From contig JAUSFV010000006.1 of the NCBI GenBank assembly GCA_030649305.1, positions 32 through 64,031 on the forward strand: 64,000 bases of DNA, in the 5' to 3' direction. Positions 10,340-20,439 of the stretch are shown in pieces; position 1 is the first letter of the stretch, and each line of letters begins with the position of its first letter. The notes under the pieces were generated by a model. That model worked only from the letters and a program-made list of their open reading frames with translations, was not told the DNA's origin and did not search any database. Both the position numbers and the translations under genes were made by a program. The DNA is from a bacterium (GTDB taxonomy: Bacteria > Patescibacteriota > Minisyncoccia > Sungbacterales > GWA2-42-14).

Positions 10340-10537
10340 ATGACAATAAAACGGCTCCATCGGAGCAAAGACAATAAAATATTTGCCGGAATCATCGGGG
10401 GCCTGGGTGAATATTTTGACGTTGACCCCGTGCTATTACGCCTCATCTGGATTTTGATTGTCCTCTCCACCGCAATCGCACCGGGGGTTTTTACCTATAT
10501 TATCGCCTATTTCATCGTCCCCGAATCAAGGGGTTAA
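10340..10537 (+). CDS. PspC domain protein
   Basis: KRLHRSKDNKIFAGIIGGLGEYFDVDPVLLRL...YIIAYFIVP. Confidence 0.9.
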   Translation: MTIKRLHRSKDNKIFAGIIGGLGEYFDVDPVLLRLIWILIVLSTAIAPGVFTYIIAYFIVPESRG

Positions 10538-10584
10538 ACCGAAAAACAAATACCCCGAAACATCGGGGTAATATTTTAAACTTC

Positions 10585-11394
10585 TTACTCAATCATATTC
10601 GGTATCCGCGAAACAACGTTAAGCAAATCCTGATTTGAATAGCGCGGCCGCTTGATAGCGCGCCACTCGGTAATCCATACCGGATTTTCCGTCGGGCGAA
10701 TCATCCGAACCCATCCGGCATACGGGGCGAGCTTCCCGTTTTCAGGATTTCTTCGCGTATAATGCACAATCTGGCAATTCCAGATGCGGTCCTCGGGCTG
10801 TTGAGAAAAAATCAATTCTTTGAATCGCACCTGCGACATGTGCTCAATTTTGACCTGAAACGCCCGGATAACTTCTCCATGGCAAACAATAATCATCCGT
10901 TTATCACTGCATTCGCGATGCAACGTATCCAAAACCCGGTCAGCAAAAAGACAGGACTGCTTAAACGACTCGCCGTTTGAGGGCCGCCAGAAAAACGGTT
11001 CAATCTTTCGCCGGCGTATCGCATCGCCAAATTTTTCCTCACGTTCTTTCTCGGAACAAATATCCATCTCACCCCAATCGCGCTCCGTCAGATAAAAATC
11101 GCAAAGCCATTCGGCGTTCGGCAAATTAAGAAGAGCTGCCGTTTCCATGGCTCGTGTATATTCGGAAGTAACGTAGCGGTCAAACCCGGGGCCCGGCCAA
11201 AATTCTTTCCGGAGCCACGCCCCAGCTTGCTCCGCCTGCATGCGGCCAAGCTCTGTTAGGCGAAAACTAGCACTATGCCGGTCGCGAAACGCATCCGTAA
11301 AAGCGCTGTGGTCCCCCGCTTCCGAACGGCGCCGCGCAACATTTCCCTCGGATTGTCCGTGGCGGACAAGCAATAAATCTATGGGTAACGCCAT
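10585..11394 (-). CDS. Histidine phosphatase (phosphoglycerate mutase family)
   Basis: LVRHGQSEGN, SEYTRAMETA, ERDWG, VCHG. Confidence 0.93.
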   Translation of the reverse strand: MALPIDLLLVRHGQSEGNVARRRSEAGDHSAFTDAFRDRHSASFRLTELGRMQAEQAGAWLRKEFWPGPGFDRYVTSEYTRAMETAALLNLPNAEWLCDFYLTERDWGEMDICSEKEREEKFGDAIRRRKIEPFFWRPSNGESFKQSCLFADRVLDTLHRECSDKRMIIVCHGEVIRAFQVKIEHMSQVRFKELIFSQQPEDRIWNCQIVHYTRRNPENGKLAPYAGWVRMIRPTENPVWITEWRAIKRPRYSNQDLLNVVSRIPNMIE

Positions 11395-11541
11395 GATTCA
11401 AAACTCCTTTTTTGTTTATGTGCTACTTCCGCTATATCAAAAAAATAACCGCGGGTCAAATCGCGTCATATCCCACAACTTCATTCTAAAAAACTACACG
11501 CCCGTCACTGCTGACGGGCGTTTAAAACGAATGCGAGGCCT

Positions 11542-12087
11542 TCACCGCAAAACGATGAGGGCCATGGCGCCATTATAGACAAGCCCGCCCCACGCGAGAA
11601 ACGAATTACCGATTGTCCACGGCCGCGTACCCAGAAGGGTAAGACCGCAAGCAATGGCGGTATTCGCAAAAAGCCAGAAGGTCTGCGGCGCGGGGGACGC
11701 CCACATCATAACCGTCAACGGAATACCCGCGATGGTCATGGCACTGACACAGGCAATGATACCCCAATCACCCGAAAGCTTTTGCCACAAGGCGACGGAG
11801 ACCACGACACCGATGGCCGAAAATATTTCGACAGACGTCCATGCCCACGTCCCCAGAAAAAGATGCACAAGGAGAATGGACAGAGCGCCGATGGCGTACG
11901 ACAGGGCAAGCGCATAGGGCTTCCTCTCGGCAATCGCTATTGCCAGGGCGGTGATATCCAAGAGAAACCACATGAGCCAGCTTGCCGTATTCGTAGGAGC
12001 AACCGCTCCGCTCCCAACCCTCCACGCGAAATATAGCATGTTCAGGAGGGAGACAATGCCGCCGCTGTAAATCAGGAATCCATTCAT
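11542..12087 (-). CDS. Hypothetical multi-pass membrane protein
   Basis: About 6 TM helices; AGGAGG RBS. Confidence 0.8.
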   Translation of the reverse strand: MNGFLIYSGGIVSLLNMLYFAWRVGSGAVAPTNTASWLMWFLLDITALAIAIAERKPYALALSYAIGALSILLVHLFLGTWAWTSVEIFSAIGVVVSVALWQKLSGDWGIIACVSAMTIAGIPLTVMMWASPAPQTFWLFANTAIACGLTLLGTRPWTIGNSFLAWGGLVYNGAMALIVLR

Positions 12088-12319
12088 GGACCCCCTCCTT
12101 TTTTAGCCCTTTTTGGGGGCACAAAATTGTTTGGGTGCTAACTATGTATCAGCAAATATTGCTTATTATAATTATATCACAAATATTTTAAAAAGTCAAA
12201 TTTAAAAATGCCAACGGCAAAATTAAAGATGCCACAGGCAAACTCCGACCCAAAAGAAACAAACCCACCACCACGAGGGTCTTTTGTTACGTGATGACAC
12301 CAAAAAAGGAGGTGAACAT

Positions 12320-13492
12320 ATGAACGCACTCGTGTTCGGCGCAGGCAATATCGGTCGCGGATTTCTTGGTTCGCTTTTAGCGAAAGCGGGGTTTTCCGTG
12401 ACGTTCGTTGACATTGATGAAGCAAAGGTTTCCCACATCAATCATATTCAAGAATACCCGGTTTACATTGTCTCTGACACTGGCATACAGGAAGAAATCG
12501 TACGAGGAATTCGCGCAATTTCCTACTCCGATACGAGCACACTCACAAACGCGGTGGTGGAAGCCGACATCATCATGACGGCAGTCGGCAAAGAGCCTCT
12601 GGCCCGCGTTGCCGCAGGCCTTATGCACGGGCTTGTGCAAAGAATTGAGCAACGCCCCCACGCAGAAATACATATCGTAGTTATCGCCTGCGAAAATATC
12701 CAAGACAACACTGCGTATCTCCAAGCGCTTCTCTCTGCGCAAACCCCGAAACGATACCGCGAACGCATCAAAGATCTCATCAGTTTCCCGAACTGTGTGG
12801 TGGACAGAATCGTCCCGAATACGCTTCCGAAACACGCGCGAGCGCATCCGCTTGCGGTTTCGGTTGAAGAATATTTCCAGCTGGCGATTGACGGGACCGC
12901 GCTGAAAGCCCCTATTCCGAAAATACCGGGGATGGAAATTTCGTCTAACCTGAACGCAACGCTTGAACAAAAACTTTTTACTCTCAACATGGCGCACGCC
13001 ATCGTCGGCTACTACGGATACTTCAAGGGCTATCACTATATCCACGAAGCGATACATGATAAAGAAATCCACGAACTTCTCTGCGGCGCCCTTCAAGAAG
13101 TTGCCGCAATCATCACCGCACGACACCGCCATATTTCTTCCGCTGCCCAACAGCAATACGAAGAAAAGATCATGCAACGCTTCAAAAATCCCCACCTACA
13201 AGACGAAATTATTCGCGTGGCACGACAGCCAAAACGAAAACTCGGTCCGCATGACCGCTTGATACGCCCGGCGCTCCTCACCTGGGAACAAGGACGAATA
13301 CCTGCGTTTCTCGCAAGCGGCATTACCGCAGCATTGCGCTACGACTACGCGAACGATCATCAAGCGCAAGAGCTCGTATCAGAAATCAGAGAACAGGGCA
13401 TTGAACGGGTTCTCGAAACAGTTTCCGGCTTAGCACCGGACAATGAACTTGCGCGGCTCATCAAGGCAGACTTTCTCTTCCAATCTCTTTAA
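12320..13492 (+). CDS. mtlD: Mannitol-1-phosphate 5-dehydrogenase family
   Basis: FGAGNIGRGF, IACEN, VDRIVP, KLFTLNMAHA, RVARQPKRKL; AGGAGG RBS. Confidence 0.9.
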   Translation: MNALVFGAGNIGRGFLGSLLAKAGFSVTFVDIDEAKVSHINHIQEYPVYIVSDTGIQEEIVRGIRAISYSDTSTLTNAVVEADIIMTAVGKEPLARVAAGLMHGLVQRIEQRPHAEIHIVVIACENIQDNTAYLQALLSAQTPKRYRERIKDLISFPNCVVDRIVPNTLPKHARAHPLAVSVEEYFQLAIDGTALKAPIPKIPGMEISSNLNATLEQKLFTLNMAHAIVGYYGYFKGYHYIHEAIHDKEIHELLCGALQEVAAIITARHRHISSAAQQQYEEKIMQRFKNPHLQDEIIRVARQPKRKLGPHDRLIRPALLTWEQGRIPAFLASGITAALRYDYANDHQAQELVSEIREQGIERVLETVSGLAPDNELARLIKADFLFQSL

Positions 13493-13563
13493 AAAATACG
13501 GCACTCGTAACGAGTGCTGTTTTTTTATGACCCGCCGCGTTGCTATTCTGTATCGCCGCGCTT

Positions 13564-13597
13564 CTTATCGGCTAATTCGTGCGAATTAGCCGATAAG
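13564..13597. repeat. 34-bp palindromic repeat, copy 2
   Basis: Identical to the copies at 5769 and 23689. Confidence 0.95.
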
Positions 13598-13651
13598 GAA
13601 AAAATAAAAATGGAACTGGTTTAAAAAAATTTTCTATGGTATCCCCAAACC

Positions 13652-13954
13652 ATGGCATGGGAAATACGTGATAAAAAACTGGGCATCTGGTTAAAACCGG
13701 AAGAAGCAATTGAGGCCCTCGAGAAACGACGAGCCGAAGGCGGTCTTACCTTTGACGAAGAAGGCCAGCTCAAAAGCCTTAAAAAGACGCTGGAAGAACG
13801 GGCAAAACAAGATATAAAAATCGCGGAACAACGAAAACGAAATGAACAAAGAATACGAATAGCCGAATCCCCCGAAGCAGTGGCCTGGAAGAAAAAGGCT
13901 GATGCGCTTCGGGAAGACGAAAAAAGAAAACACCCAGGAGGACACTATCTTTAG
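13652..13954 (+). CDS. Small charged helical protein with C-terminal GHYL (candidate proteasome interactor)
   Basis: 100-aa ORF ending HPGGHYL; followed by a hairpin and U-run. Confidence 0.75.
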   Translation: MAWEIRDKKLGIWLKPEEAIEALEKRRAEGGLTFDEEGQLKSLKKTLEERAKQDIKIAEQRKRNEQRIRIAESPEAVAWKKKADALREDEKRKHPGGHYL

Positions 13955-14042
13955 AAAACTTCGATCTCAATCGGAGTTTTCTTTTTTTCTTATGTGTGCT
14001 ACGAATACAGCACGAACCTTAAAAAAATAAGGAGGGAAAACA

Positions 14043-14807
14043 ATGCATCCCTACATCGGTGTTACTGGATTCACCAAACTGGAAGAAGTTGCAGCGGCAC
14101 TTGAAGTATTCCCCCACAATCATTCCCGAAAACTTATGATCGGCGGGCTTGCGTCATGGAAGTCGCTCCGCGGCATTCCCCTGAAGCCAATCCGGCAAAA
14201 ACGATTCCCCGCTCCGGAACTTTTTAACAGCATATTCCCCAACGATACGCGGGCGGTCAATCTTATTCATTACAGCATGGGAGAGCGAAAAAACGACGAC
14301 GGAGCTCTTCTCGCTGATATGCTAAAAATTCACGAACTTGCCGGACCGAATTTTCAAGGATTCCAACTTAACATCGCATGGCCGGAAATTGATCAGATAG
14401 CCGAATATCGAATGGTAATGGGCTTTGACTACCGCATCGTCCTCCAAATTTCGCACGAGGCGATTGAAGCGGCGGGTGGAACGCCAAAAGGTGTCACCGA
14501 TATGCTCTCTTACTACCCGGGGTTCATTGATGACATCCTCATTGACGCAAGCGGGGGTCTTGGCAAGGAGCTGGATACGGAACGCGCACGAGAATTTCTT
14601 TCCAAAATAAACATGCGACTTGATATCGGCCTAGGTACAGCGGGCGGACTTGGCCCCGACTCATTACATCTCATAGAACCGCTTCTGGAAGAATTTCCCG
14701 ATTTGAACATTGATGCGGAGGGAAAACTTCGCACCGCCGAAAACGAACTTGCTATCGGCGCGATGAAAACATATCTTTCCAAATCCACTCAATTATTTTC
14801 CTCCTAA
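14043..14807 (+). CDS. TIM-barrel protein, TrpF/PRAI-like
   Basis: LIDASGGLG, AGGLGPD, IDAEGKLR phosphate-binding-type motifs; AAGGAGG RBS. Confidence 0.7.
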   Translation: MHPYIGVTGFTKLEEVAAALEVFPHNHSRKLMIGGLASWKSLRGIPLKPIRQKRFPAPELFNSIFPNDTRAVNLIHYSMGERKNDDGALLADMLKIHELAGPNFQGFQLNIAWPEIDQIAEYRMVMGFDYRIVLQISHEAIEAAGGTPKGVTDMLSYYPGFIDDILIDASGGLGKELDTERAREFLSKINMRLDIGLGTAGGLGPDSLHLIEPLLEEFPDLNIDAEGKLRTAENELAIGAMKTYLSKSTQLFSS

Positions 14808-15028
14808 ACGCTTCGTAAGCGAAGTGAAATCAACGAACTCCCGCGCATCGGGAGTTTTTTATATTTTCAGCTTATATTACGACCCACACATGTGCTCATT
14901 TCCGCCAAAGGCGGACAGGCGCGCACAAATGAGCACATGTGGAAATTGCGGACAAAACCAGTTTTCTTTTTTTCTCCGATGTGCTACGAATATGGAGGAT
15001 GCTTTGAAAAAATAATAAGGAGAAAACC

Positions 15029-16021
15029 ATGCGGGAACTGCGCGTTTTTTCCGGACGAAGCAACGAACCGTTAGCACACGCAATCGCGCGCTACATTGAT
15101 TCTAAAATGAATGAGAAGCGATCAGTTTTGGGAGCCCTTGACCCGAACAGGGATTTCGCGGACGGCGAAATTTATACCCGGTACGGCGAAAATATCCGAG
15201 AAGCGGATGTCTTTATTATCCAATCCACAAACCAGCCGAATACCCACGAAGTTGAATTGAACCTCATGATCAATACCGCCGTTCTTGCATCCGCGCAACG
15301 AGTAACCGCAGTCATTCCCTACTTCGGCTACGCGCGGCAAGACCGCAAAGATAAATCCCGCGCTCCCGTTACGATCGCAAATATGGCCAGGAAAATTTGG
15401 ATAAGCGGAGCCCATCGCGTCGTATTGTTGGACGTCCACAGCAACAGTACGCCGGTCGCTTTCGCAGCGCTCAATGTCCCCGCAGACCACTTGTGGGTAC
15501 GCCCGATTTTTCTGCACCACCTCACCAAACAAGAACATATATGGAATGACATACATGATTTCGTTGTGGTAGCGCCGGATGTCGGAGCAAGCGAGCGAGC
15601 GCGCGCGTACGGAGATGCCCTTGGCGGCATCCCGCTGGTGGTCATTGAGAAGCGGCGCGTACCCGGCCATTCAAAAGTTCTGAATGTCGTAGGAGAAGTT
15701 GCGGGCAAAGATGTTTTCATGATTGACGACATGATTGATACCGGTGAGACGCTCTGCAATGCCGCGGCAAAGCTTCGCGAGCGGGGTGCGAAACGGATAT
15801 TTGTCCTCGCGACCCACGGCGTATTCTCAAAAGATGCCCTGAAGTGGTTAGAAGAATCAGAAATAGAGCGGATATTCATCACCGATTCAATTCTGCAAAC
15901 ACGTCCCCTTCCCAAAAAAATCACGGTAGTAAGCGTGGCAGAACTTTTAGGGGAGGCAATCATGCGGATTCATAGCGGTGAATCCGTAAGCTCGCTTTTT
16001 GAACACGAGTGGCTTAAATAA
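15029..16021 (+). CDS. prs: Ribose-phosphate pyrophosphokinase
   Basis: FADGEI, PYFGYARQDRK, VAPDVG, DDMIDTG, ATHGVFS. Confidence 0.95.
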   Translation: MRELRVFSGRSNEPLAHAIARYIDSKMNEKRSVLGALDPNRDFADGEIYTRYGENIREADVFIIQSTNQPNTHEVELNLMINTAVLASAQRVTAVIPYFGYARQDRKDKSRAPVTIANMARKIWISGAHRVVLLDVHSNSTPVAFAALNVPADHLWVRPIFLHHLTKQEHIWNDIHDFVVVAPDVGASERARAYGDALGGIPLVVIEKRRVPGHSKVLNVVGEVAGKDVFMIDDMIDTGETLCNAAAKLRERGAKRIFVLATHGVFSKDALKWLEESEIERIFITDSILQTRPLPKKITVVSVAELLGEAIMRIHSGESVSSLFEHEWLK

Positions 16022-16080
16022 TAGTAACAACGCTCCGGCTTTAGTCGGAGCGATTTTTATTTTTATATACCCTACATACA

Positions 16081-16122
16081 AAAATCTATTCCTAAATTCT
16101 TAAGAATTTAGGAATAGATTTT
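16081..16122. repeat. Perfect 42-bp palindrome
   Basis: AAAATCTATTCCTAAATTCTT|AAGAATTTAGGAATAGATTTT. Confidence 0.9.
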
Positions 16123-16238
16123 AAATAATTGCCGTCTATAAAAAATAAGTAGCTATCCACACCCGTGCATATAACCCGTACATATACGCCTCCCCCGCGT
16201 GCTATACTGAAAAAGTATTAATAATCCATCAAAATACT

Positions 16239-18974
16239 ATGAAATACATACAGAGGGGCTTTACCCTCATTGAACTCTTGGTCGTTGTCGGAATCATTTC
16301 ACTCATCGCATCCGTCGGCCTTATCTCCATGAACGAAGCGCGCGAGAAAGCGCGCGATGCCAAGCGTCTTGCCGACCTCAACGAAATTCAAAAGCTCGTT
16401 GAGTTGTATAAATCCGATAACAATGGCAACCCGCCCGGCCAGGAAGGAACCGAATACATCAATGGCGTACCGAACTGGATTCCGGGACTCTCCCCCCGCT
16501 ATATTAAAGAACTCCCATCCGACCCGCTTGATGCAGACCCCTATCAATACCACTACCAACGGGAAGGGAATGATTATGAAACCGCGGGCATTCTTGAAAA
16601 ATCGTCAAACGAAGCCTCATGTAACGATGGCGGATCGGGCGGATGCCGCTTCTTTGAAGTCGGTACAAAATTGACAATCTTTAACCCCAGTGAAGGCGCG
16701 TGGCACGCCGCGTCATCTTCGGTGCTGACCCCGGGAGACGGAGAAACCGGAACAACCACACCGCCCGACAATGGAGGCGGCGGAACCGGAACCACCACCA
16801 CAGCAACACCCGTGAGTGCCCCGACCGAAACCATTCTCGGATGGTTCAAGGGTATTACGGGTTCGGGCCCGAGTTTGAGCGGCACGTACACCCACGCATT
16901 TTATTTCAAATACAGCACCACCGTGAATCCGAATCAATCGTTCCGGGTGTATCTGAAGCGCCCGGGAGAGAGCGCCTATACCGCAGTCGCTACCTTCACG
17001 ATTCCTGTTTCCATTCCCACGGGCGGCTGCAACCCCGCGAAAGAATTCTCTGCGAACGGTTGGAAGATTGAATGCTCTACGTATCCGTATTGGCGCGTGT
17101 TCGGCCCCGCAGGAACAGCCGCAAATTACTCCACGGGAGTGTATTATGCGTATGTCGCTGCGGTGGATGAAGCCGGCACCGAAGGAACTCTGTCCCCGGT
17201 CACCCAAAATCATCTCCTAAATCAATCACTCATCACAAGCCCCGTCGGAGCCCAATCAACCACAACCCCGACCATCACATGGACGATTCCTACATGGAGC
17301 GGCATCAATATGGTCTATTGGATATCGGTCTACACGGCAGATGAAACTTCCATCTGGACGGAATCAAAAAGCGTTCTTTCGGGGACGACCACGGCGAACG
17401 CATCACTTCAATATGCCGGACCCGCCTTGAGCCCTGGCGTTACCTATTACACGAACCTCTGGGGCGAGACGCGCGAAAACCCCAACAGCACCTATGCCTT
17501 CACTATGACAAACAATATGATGCCCGCGTTTACCGTAGCAGAACCCGCGGCGCAAGGATGTCCGGTTTCCATCACATCCCTCACGCCCTCATCCGGCCCT
17601 GTCGGCACCGCAGTATATATCCGCGGAAATTGCTTCACGCCAAACGGCCAATGGACCGGCACGAACAATATCACGTTTTACACGGGCTCCGGCACCACAA
17701 GCTACGCGCATATGCAGGTATTCAATTCGCCCATTCTTGCGGACGGCAGTTTGTATTTCGGCATTCCCTATAATCTCTATAAGCCATCCGATGGCTCAAG
17801 GCCAAATGTCATTGCGGGAACCTATTACTTCATCGTCAACAACACAAATGGCACCAGCACCCCCGCGGCGTTTACGGTACCTGCCGCCCCATCTAATTGG
17901 AACAGTAGCTCATTAAATATTGACGGAGAATATCAATCTGTCGCTTGGAATGGCAATGGATATGGGGTTGTATATGGCAAAAACGGAAAAATTTACTTTG
18001 CAAAACTTGATTCAAATGGCAATAAATTAAATGAAGTAGTTCTCGCAAATGCGCCAAACTATGTTTTTTGGACCAATATCGTCTGGGATGGATCAAAATA
18101 CGGCGTTGTGTGGCCCGAAGCAAATCCGCATAATTTGCGCTTTGCTACCATGAATATTGACGGCAATGTACTTTCTAATATTCCCCTGACAGCGGGAACC
18201 GATAATGCCGACACAGAACGGCCTGCCCTCCTTTGGACCGGCAGCGAATATGTTGTTGCCTGGTCTGGCGGATGGCCGGATAATTTCAACAATCCATATC
18301 TGCCTGCACACATAATTTACTTTACAAAAATTGCTTCTAACGGACAGACAATCGTTGTAAATAAGAAAAAGTCAATAACAAGCGGAGACACACGAGCCGC
18401 AAACGGCCCCATCATTTCTTTGGCTTGGAACGGAACAAATTTCGGTGTCACATGGCAGGATATCAGAAATAGCAATGACAGCAATAACCCTGCACTGTAT
18501 TTCGCTACTTTGGACTCCGCGGGAAATAAACTAGGCAATGATATAAAAATTTCCGGAAACGGACGGGTTGGAAGCCCTAAAATTTTCGCCGACGGATCAA
18601 ATTATGCTGTTTTCTGGAGAGAAAGCAGTATTGATAATGTTAATGCAAATAGCATATACGCGACCAAGCTGGATTCGGCGGGCAATAAAATTATTCCCAA
18701 TCAAAACTTAAATACAAAAGGAGATAATGAAATGCGCCCATCAATTGCCAAAGCTGGCAGCGATTACGGTATTGTGTGGACTTCGTATCCGGAACAAAAA
18801 CTATATTTTAAATCTATAAATTCTGGTTTTGCTATGGTCCTGGATAACGAACTTGTATCGGCGACGGCTGGTGATAATGATAATGCTTATGCGGTGTGGG
18901 GTAATAACAAATATGGAATTATCTGGACGAATATCCAAAATAATCAACTGCAATTATATTTTGGAATCAAATAA
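16239..18974 (+). CDS. Large type IV pilin/pseudopilin fusion (N-methylation motif, Ig/IPT-like domains, repeat domain)
   Basis: QRG^FTLIELLVV, ARDAKRLADL, T/G linker, ITSLTPSSGPVGT, repeated WNGxxYGVVW. Confidence 0.9.
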   Translation: MKYIQRGFTLIELLVVVGIISLIASVGLISMNEAREKARDAKRLADLNEIQKLVELYKSDNNGNPPGQEGTEYINGVPNWIPGLSPRYIKELPSDPLDADPYQYHYQREGNDYETAGILEKSSNEASCNDGGSGGCRFFEVGTKLTIFNPSEGAWHAASSSVLTPGDGETGTTTPPDNGGGGTGTTTTATPVSAPTETILGWFKGITGSGPSLSGTYTHAFYFKYSTTVNPNQSFRVYLKRPGESAYTAVATFTIPVSIPTGGCNPAKEFSANGWKIECSTYPYWRVFGPAGTAANYSTGVYYAYVAAVDEAGTEGTLSPVTQNHLLNQSLITSPVGAQSTTTPTITWTIPTWSGINMVYWISVYTADETSIWTESKSVLSGTTTANASLQYAGPALSPGVTYYTNLWGETRENPNSTYAFTMTNNMMPAFTVAEPAAQGCPVSITSLTPSSGPVGTAVYIRGNCFTPNGQWTGTNNITFYTGSGTTSYAHMQVFNSPILADGSLYFGIPYNLYKPSDGSRPNVIAGTYYFIVNNTNGTSTPAAFTVPAAPSNWNSSSLNIDGEYQSVAWNGNGYGVVYGKNGKIYFAKLDSNGNKLNEVVLANAPNYVFWTNIVWDGSKYGVVWPEANPHNLRFATMNIDGNVLSNIPLTAGTDNADTERPALLWTGSEYVVAWSGGWPDNFNNPYLPAHIIYFTKIASNGQTIVVNKKKSITSGDTRAANGPIISLAWNGTNFGVTWQDIRNSNDSNNPALYFATLDSAGNKLGNDIKISGNGRVGSPKIFADGSNYAVFWRESSIDNVNANSIYATKLDSAGNKIIPNQNLNTKGDNEMRPSIAKAGSDYGIVWTSYPEQKLYFKSINSGFAMVLDNELVSATAGDNDNAYAVWGNNKYGIIWTNIQNNQLQLYFGIK

Positions 18975-19030
18975 GTAAAAACGGATAATAAAAAAAACCG
19001 CTCCGGAAAACCGGGGCGGTTTTTGTATGC

Positions 19031-19522
19031 TCAATCAAAATCAAACGGTTCGCGGATTTTGTTCGCGATAATGCATCGCCGCAACGCTTTTTCATTCTGC
19101 AAAAATTTAAGTTCTTCGGAGGTAAAGACACTCATGGCTTCACGGAGTATATCCCATGGCGCGATTGGCACGAGTACTTTCCCGTTTTCTTCAATAAAGA
19201 ATGAATATCCTTCGCGCTCAAGACGCACCAGTAATTCGGGGTATTCTTTCACGACAGGTTCGCGATACACCAAAAAACTTTTGTTGTTTCCCTTCTTCCG
19301 CGCTTTCAAAAGCACCGCGTCTCCAGCGCCCGTTTCAAGCGGCCGAATGTATACCCAAATTTCCATGGTCTCTTCTTCCCGCGGGTCATCGGGGTCCTCA
19401 TTCATAGGACAAAACGCGTGCGCTTCTTCCGTATAGCGCGATACATCAAGTAATTGCTGGCGATACCCCGCACACCCCGCAAGCAAAACGGCGCATACCG
19501 TACTCACAATCAATCGGCGCAT
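19031..19522 (-). CDS. Putative lipoprotein
   Basis: MRRLIVSTVCAVLLAG^C lipobox. Confidence 0.75.
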   Translation of the reverse strand: MRRLIVSTVCAVLLAGCAGYRQQLLDVSRYTEEAHAFCPMNEDPDDPREEETMEIWVYIRPLETGAGDAVLLKARKKGNNKSFLVYREPVVKEYPELLVRLEREGYSFFIEENGKVLVPIAPWDILREAMSVFTSEELKFLQNEKALRRCIIANKIREPFDFD

Positions 19523-19580
19523 AATGGTATCTCCGTCTATAAAAAACTCTTTTGAGTATAACAAAATTTTCTTATTCTGT

Positions 19581-19724
19581 AAACCCCATTAGAACAGTAA
19601 AAAAACAAATAAACCGCGCGCTATCTATACCAATAGGCCGTCCTATTGTAATACTTATAATAGGTACAAAAAAAATTTACATTCTCGCGTACATTTCCAA
19701 TAAGCAATTTTCTAACGGGGTAAA
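19581..19724. repeat. CCCC(A/G)TTAGAA...TTCTAACGGGG inverted-repeat element
   Basis: AAACCCCATTAGAA at 19581 and TTTCTAACGGGGT at ~19709; related elements at 30838-30937 and 9208-9237. Confidence 0.7.
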
Positions 19725-19758
19725 TCAAAAAAGGCGGGCAAGCCGCCTTTCAAAAAAA

Positions 19759-20439
19759 TTATGTTTTCAGAAGATCCGTCCATGGCTTTGCAATATCTCC
19801 CGCTTTGCATTTCGGACATTCTTCTTTTGTATAGACCGGAATGTCAACCTGAACGGCTGCGTAGAAATAGGGGGCATATCTGGTCTCAACCTCTTTCACG
19901 AACGAAGTAGTGCCTTTCGCGAATACCGCCCGAGCCACAACCGTGCCGCCCAGCCCCTCCACAAATGACGGAAGACGTTGACCAACGCATCGCCCCTGCG
20001 AGGATACGGTATTAAAAACAAATACCTTATCACCCGACTTGATTTCACCCTCAACCAACACATCTCCGAAACGACCAGTATCCTTATAATCCCACAGGGC
20101 ATACCGAATCCGTTTACCCAGAGGAGATTTTCCGTAGTCCGCGAACTCTTTGATGATGGTATTGGTGCCAGGTTCATTCGGCCCGAACACCACATCATAC
20201 CCGATCCGACGCGGAATAGCCCAACGAAACCAATCGGTCACAATCCACCGAACAAACCGCTCATGTTCTGCAATCGGTCGTGGGGTGAAAAAATGCGTAA
20301 GGTGCGCACCATCGGGGTCTGCGGGATATTGCACATGCGCATCAAAAAAAAAGGTATACGGCATGCCGAGCATCTGCTTTATTTGCGATAACGGAAACGA
20401 ATCGGAAACAATGGCGATATGTTCGTTATATTTTCTCAT
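19759..20439 (-). CDS. Type I phosphoribosyltransferase-fold protein (PyrE-like, atypical PRPP loop)
   Basis: VFVFNTVSSQGRC in place of VVDDVxTTG; C-terminal ECPKC; 4-bp overlap with the FAH gene. Confidence 0.7.
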   Translation of the reverse strand: MRKYNEHIAIVSDSFPLSQIKQMLGMPYTFFFDAHVQYPADPDGAHLTHFFTPRPIAEHERFVRWIVTDWFRWAIPRRIGYDVVFGPNEPGTNTIIKEFADYGKSPLGKRIRYALWDYKDTGRFGDVLVEGEIKSGDKVFVFNTVSSQGRCVGQRLPSFVEGLGGTVVARAVFAKGTTSFVKEVETRYAPYFYAAVQVDIPVYTKEECPKCKAGDIAKPWTDLLKT

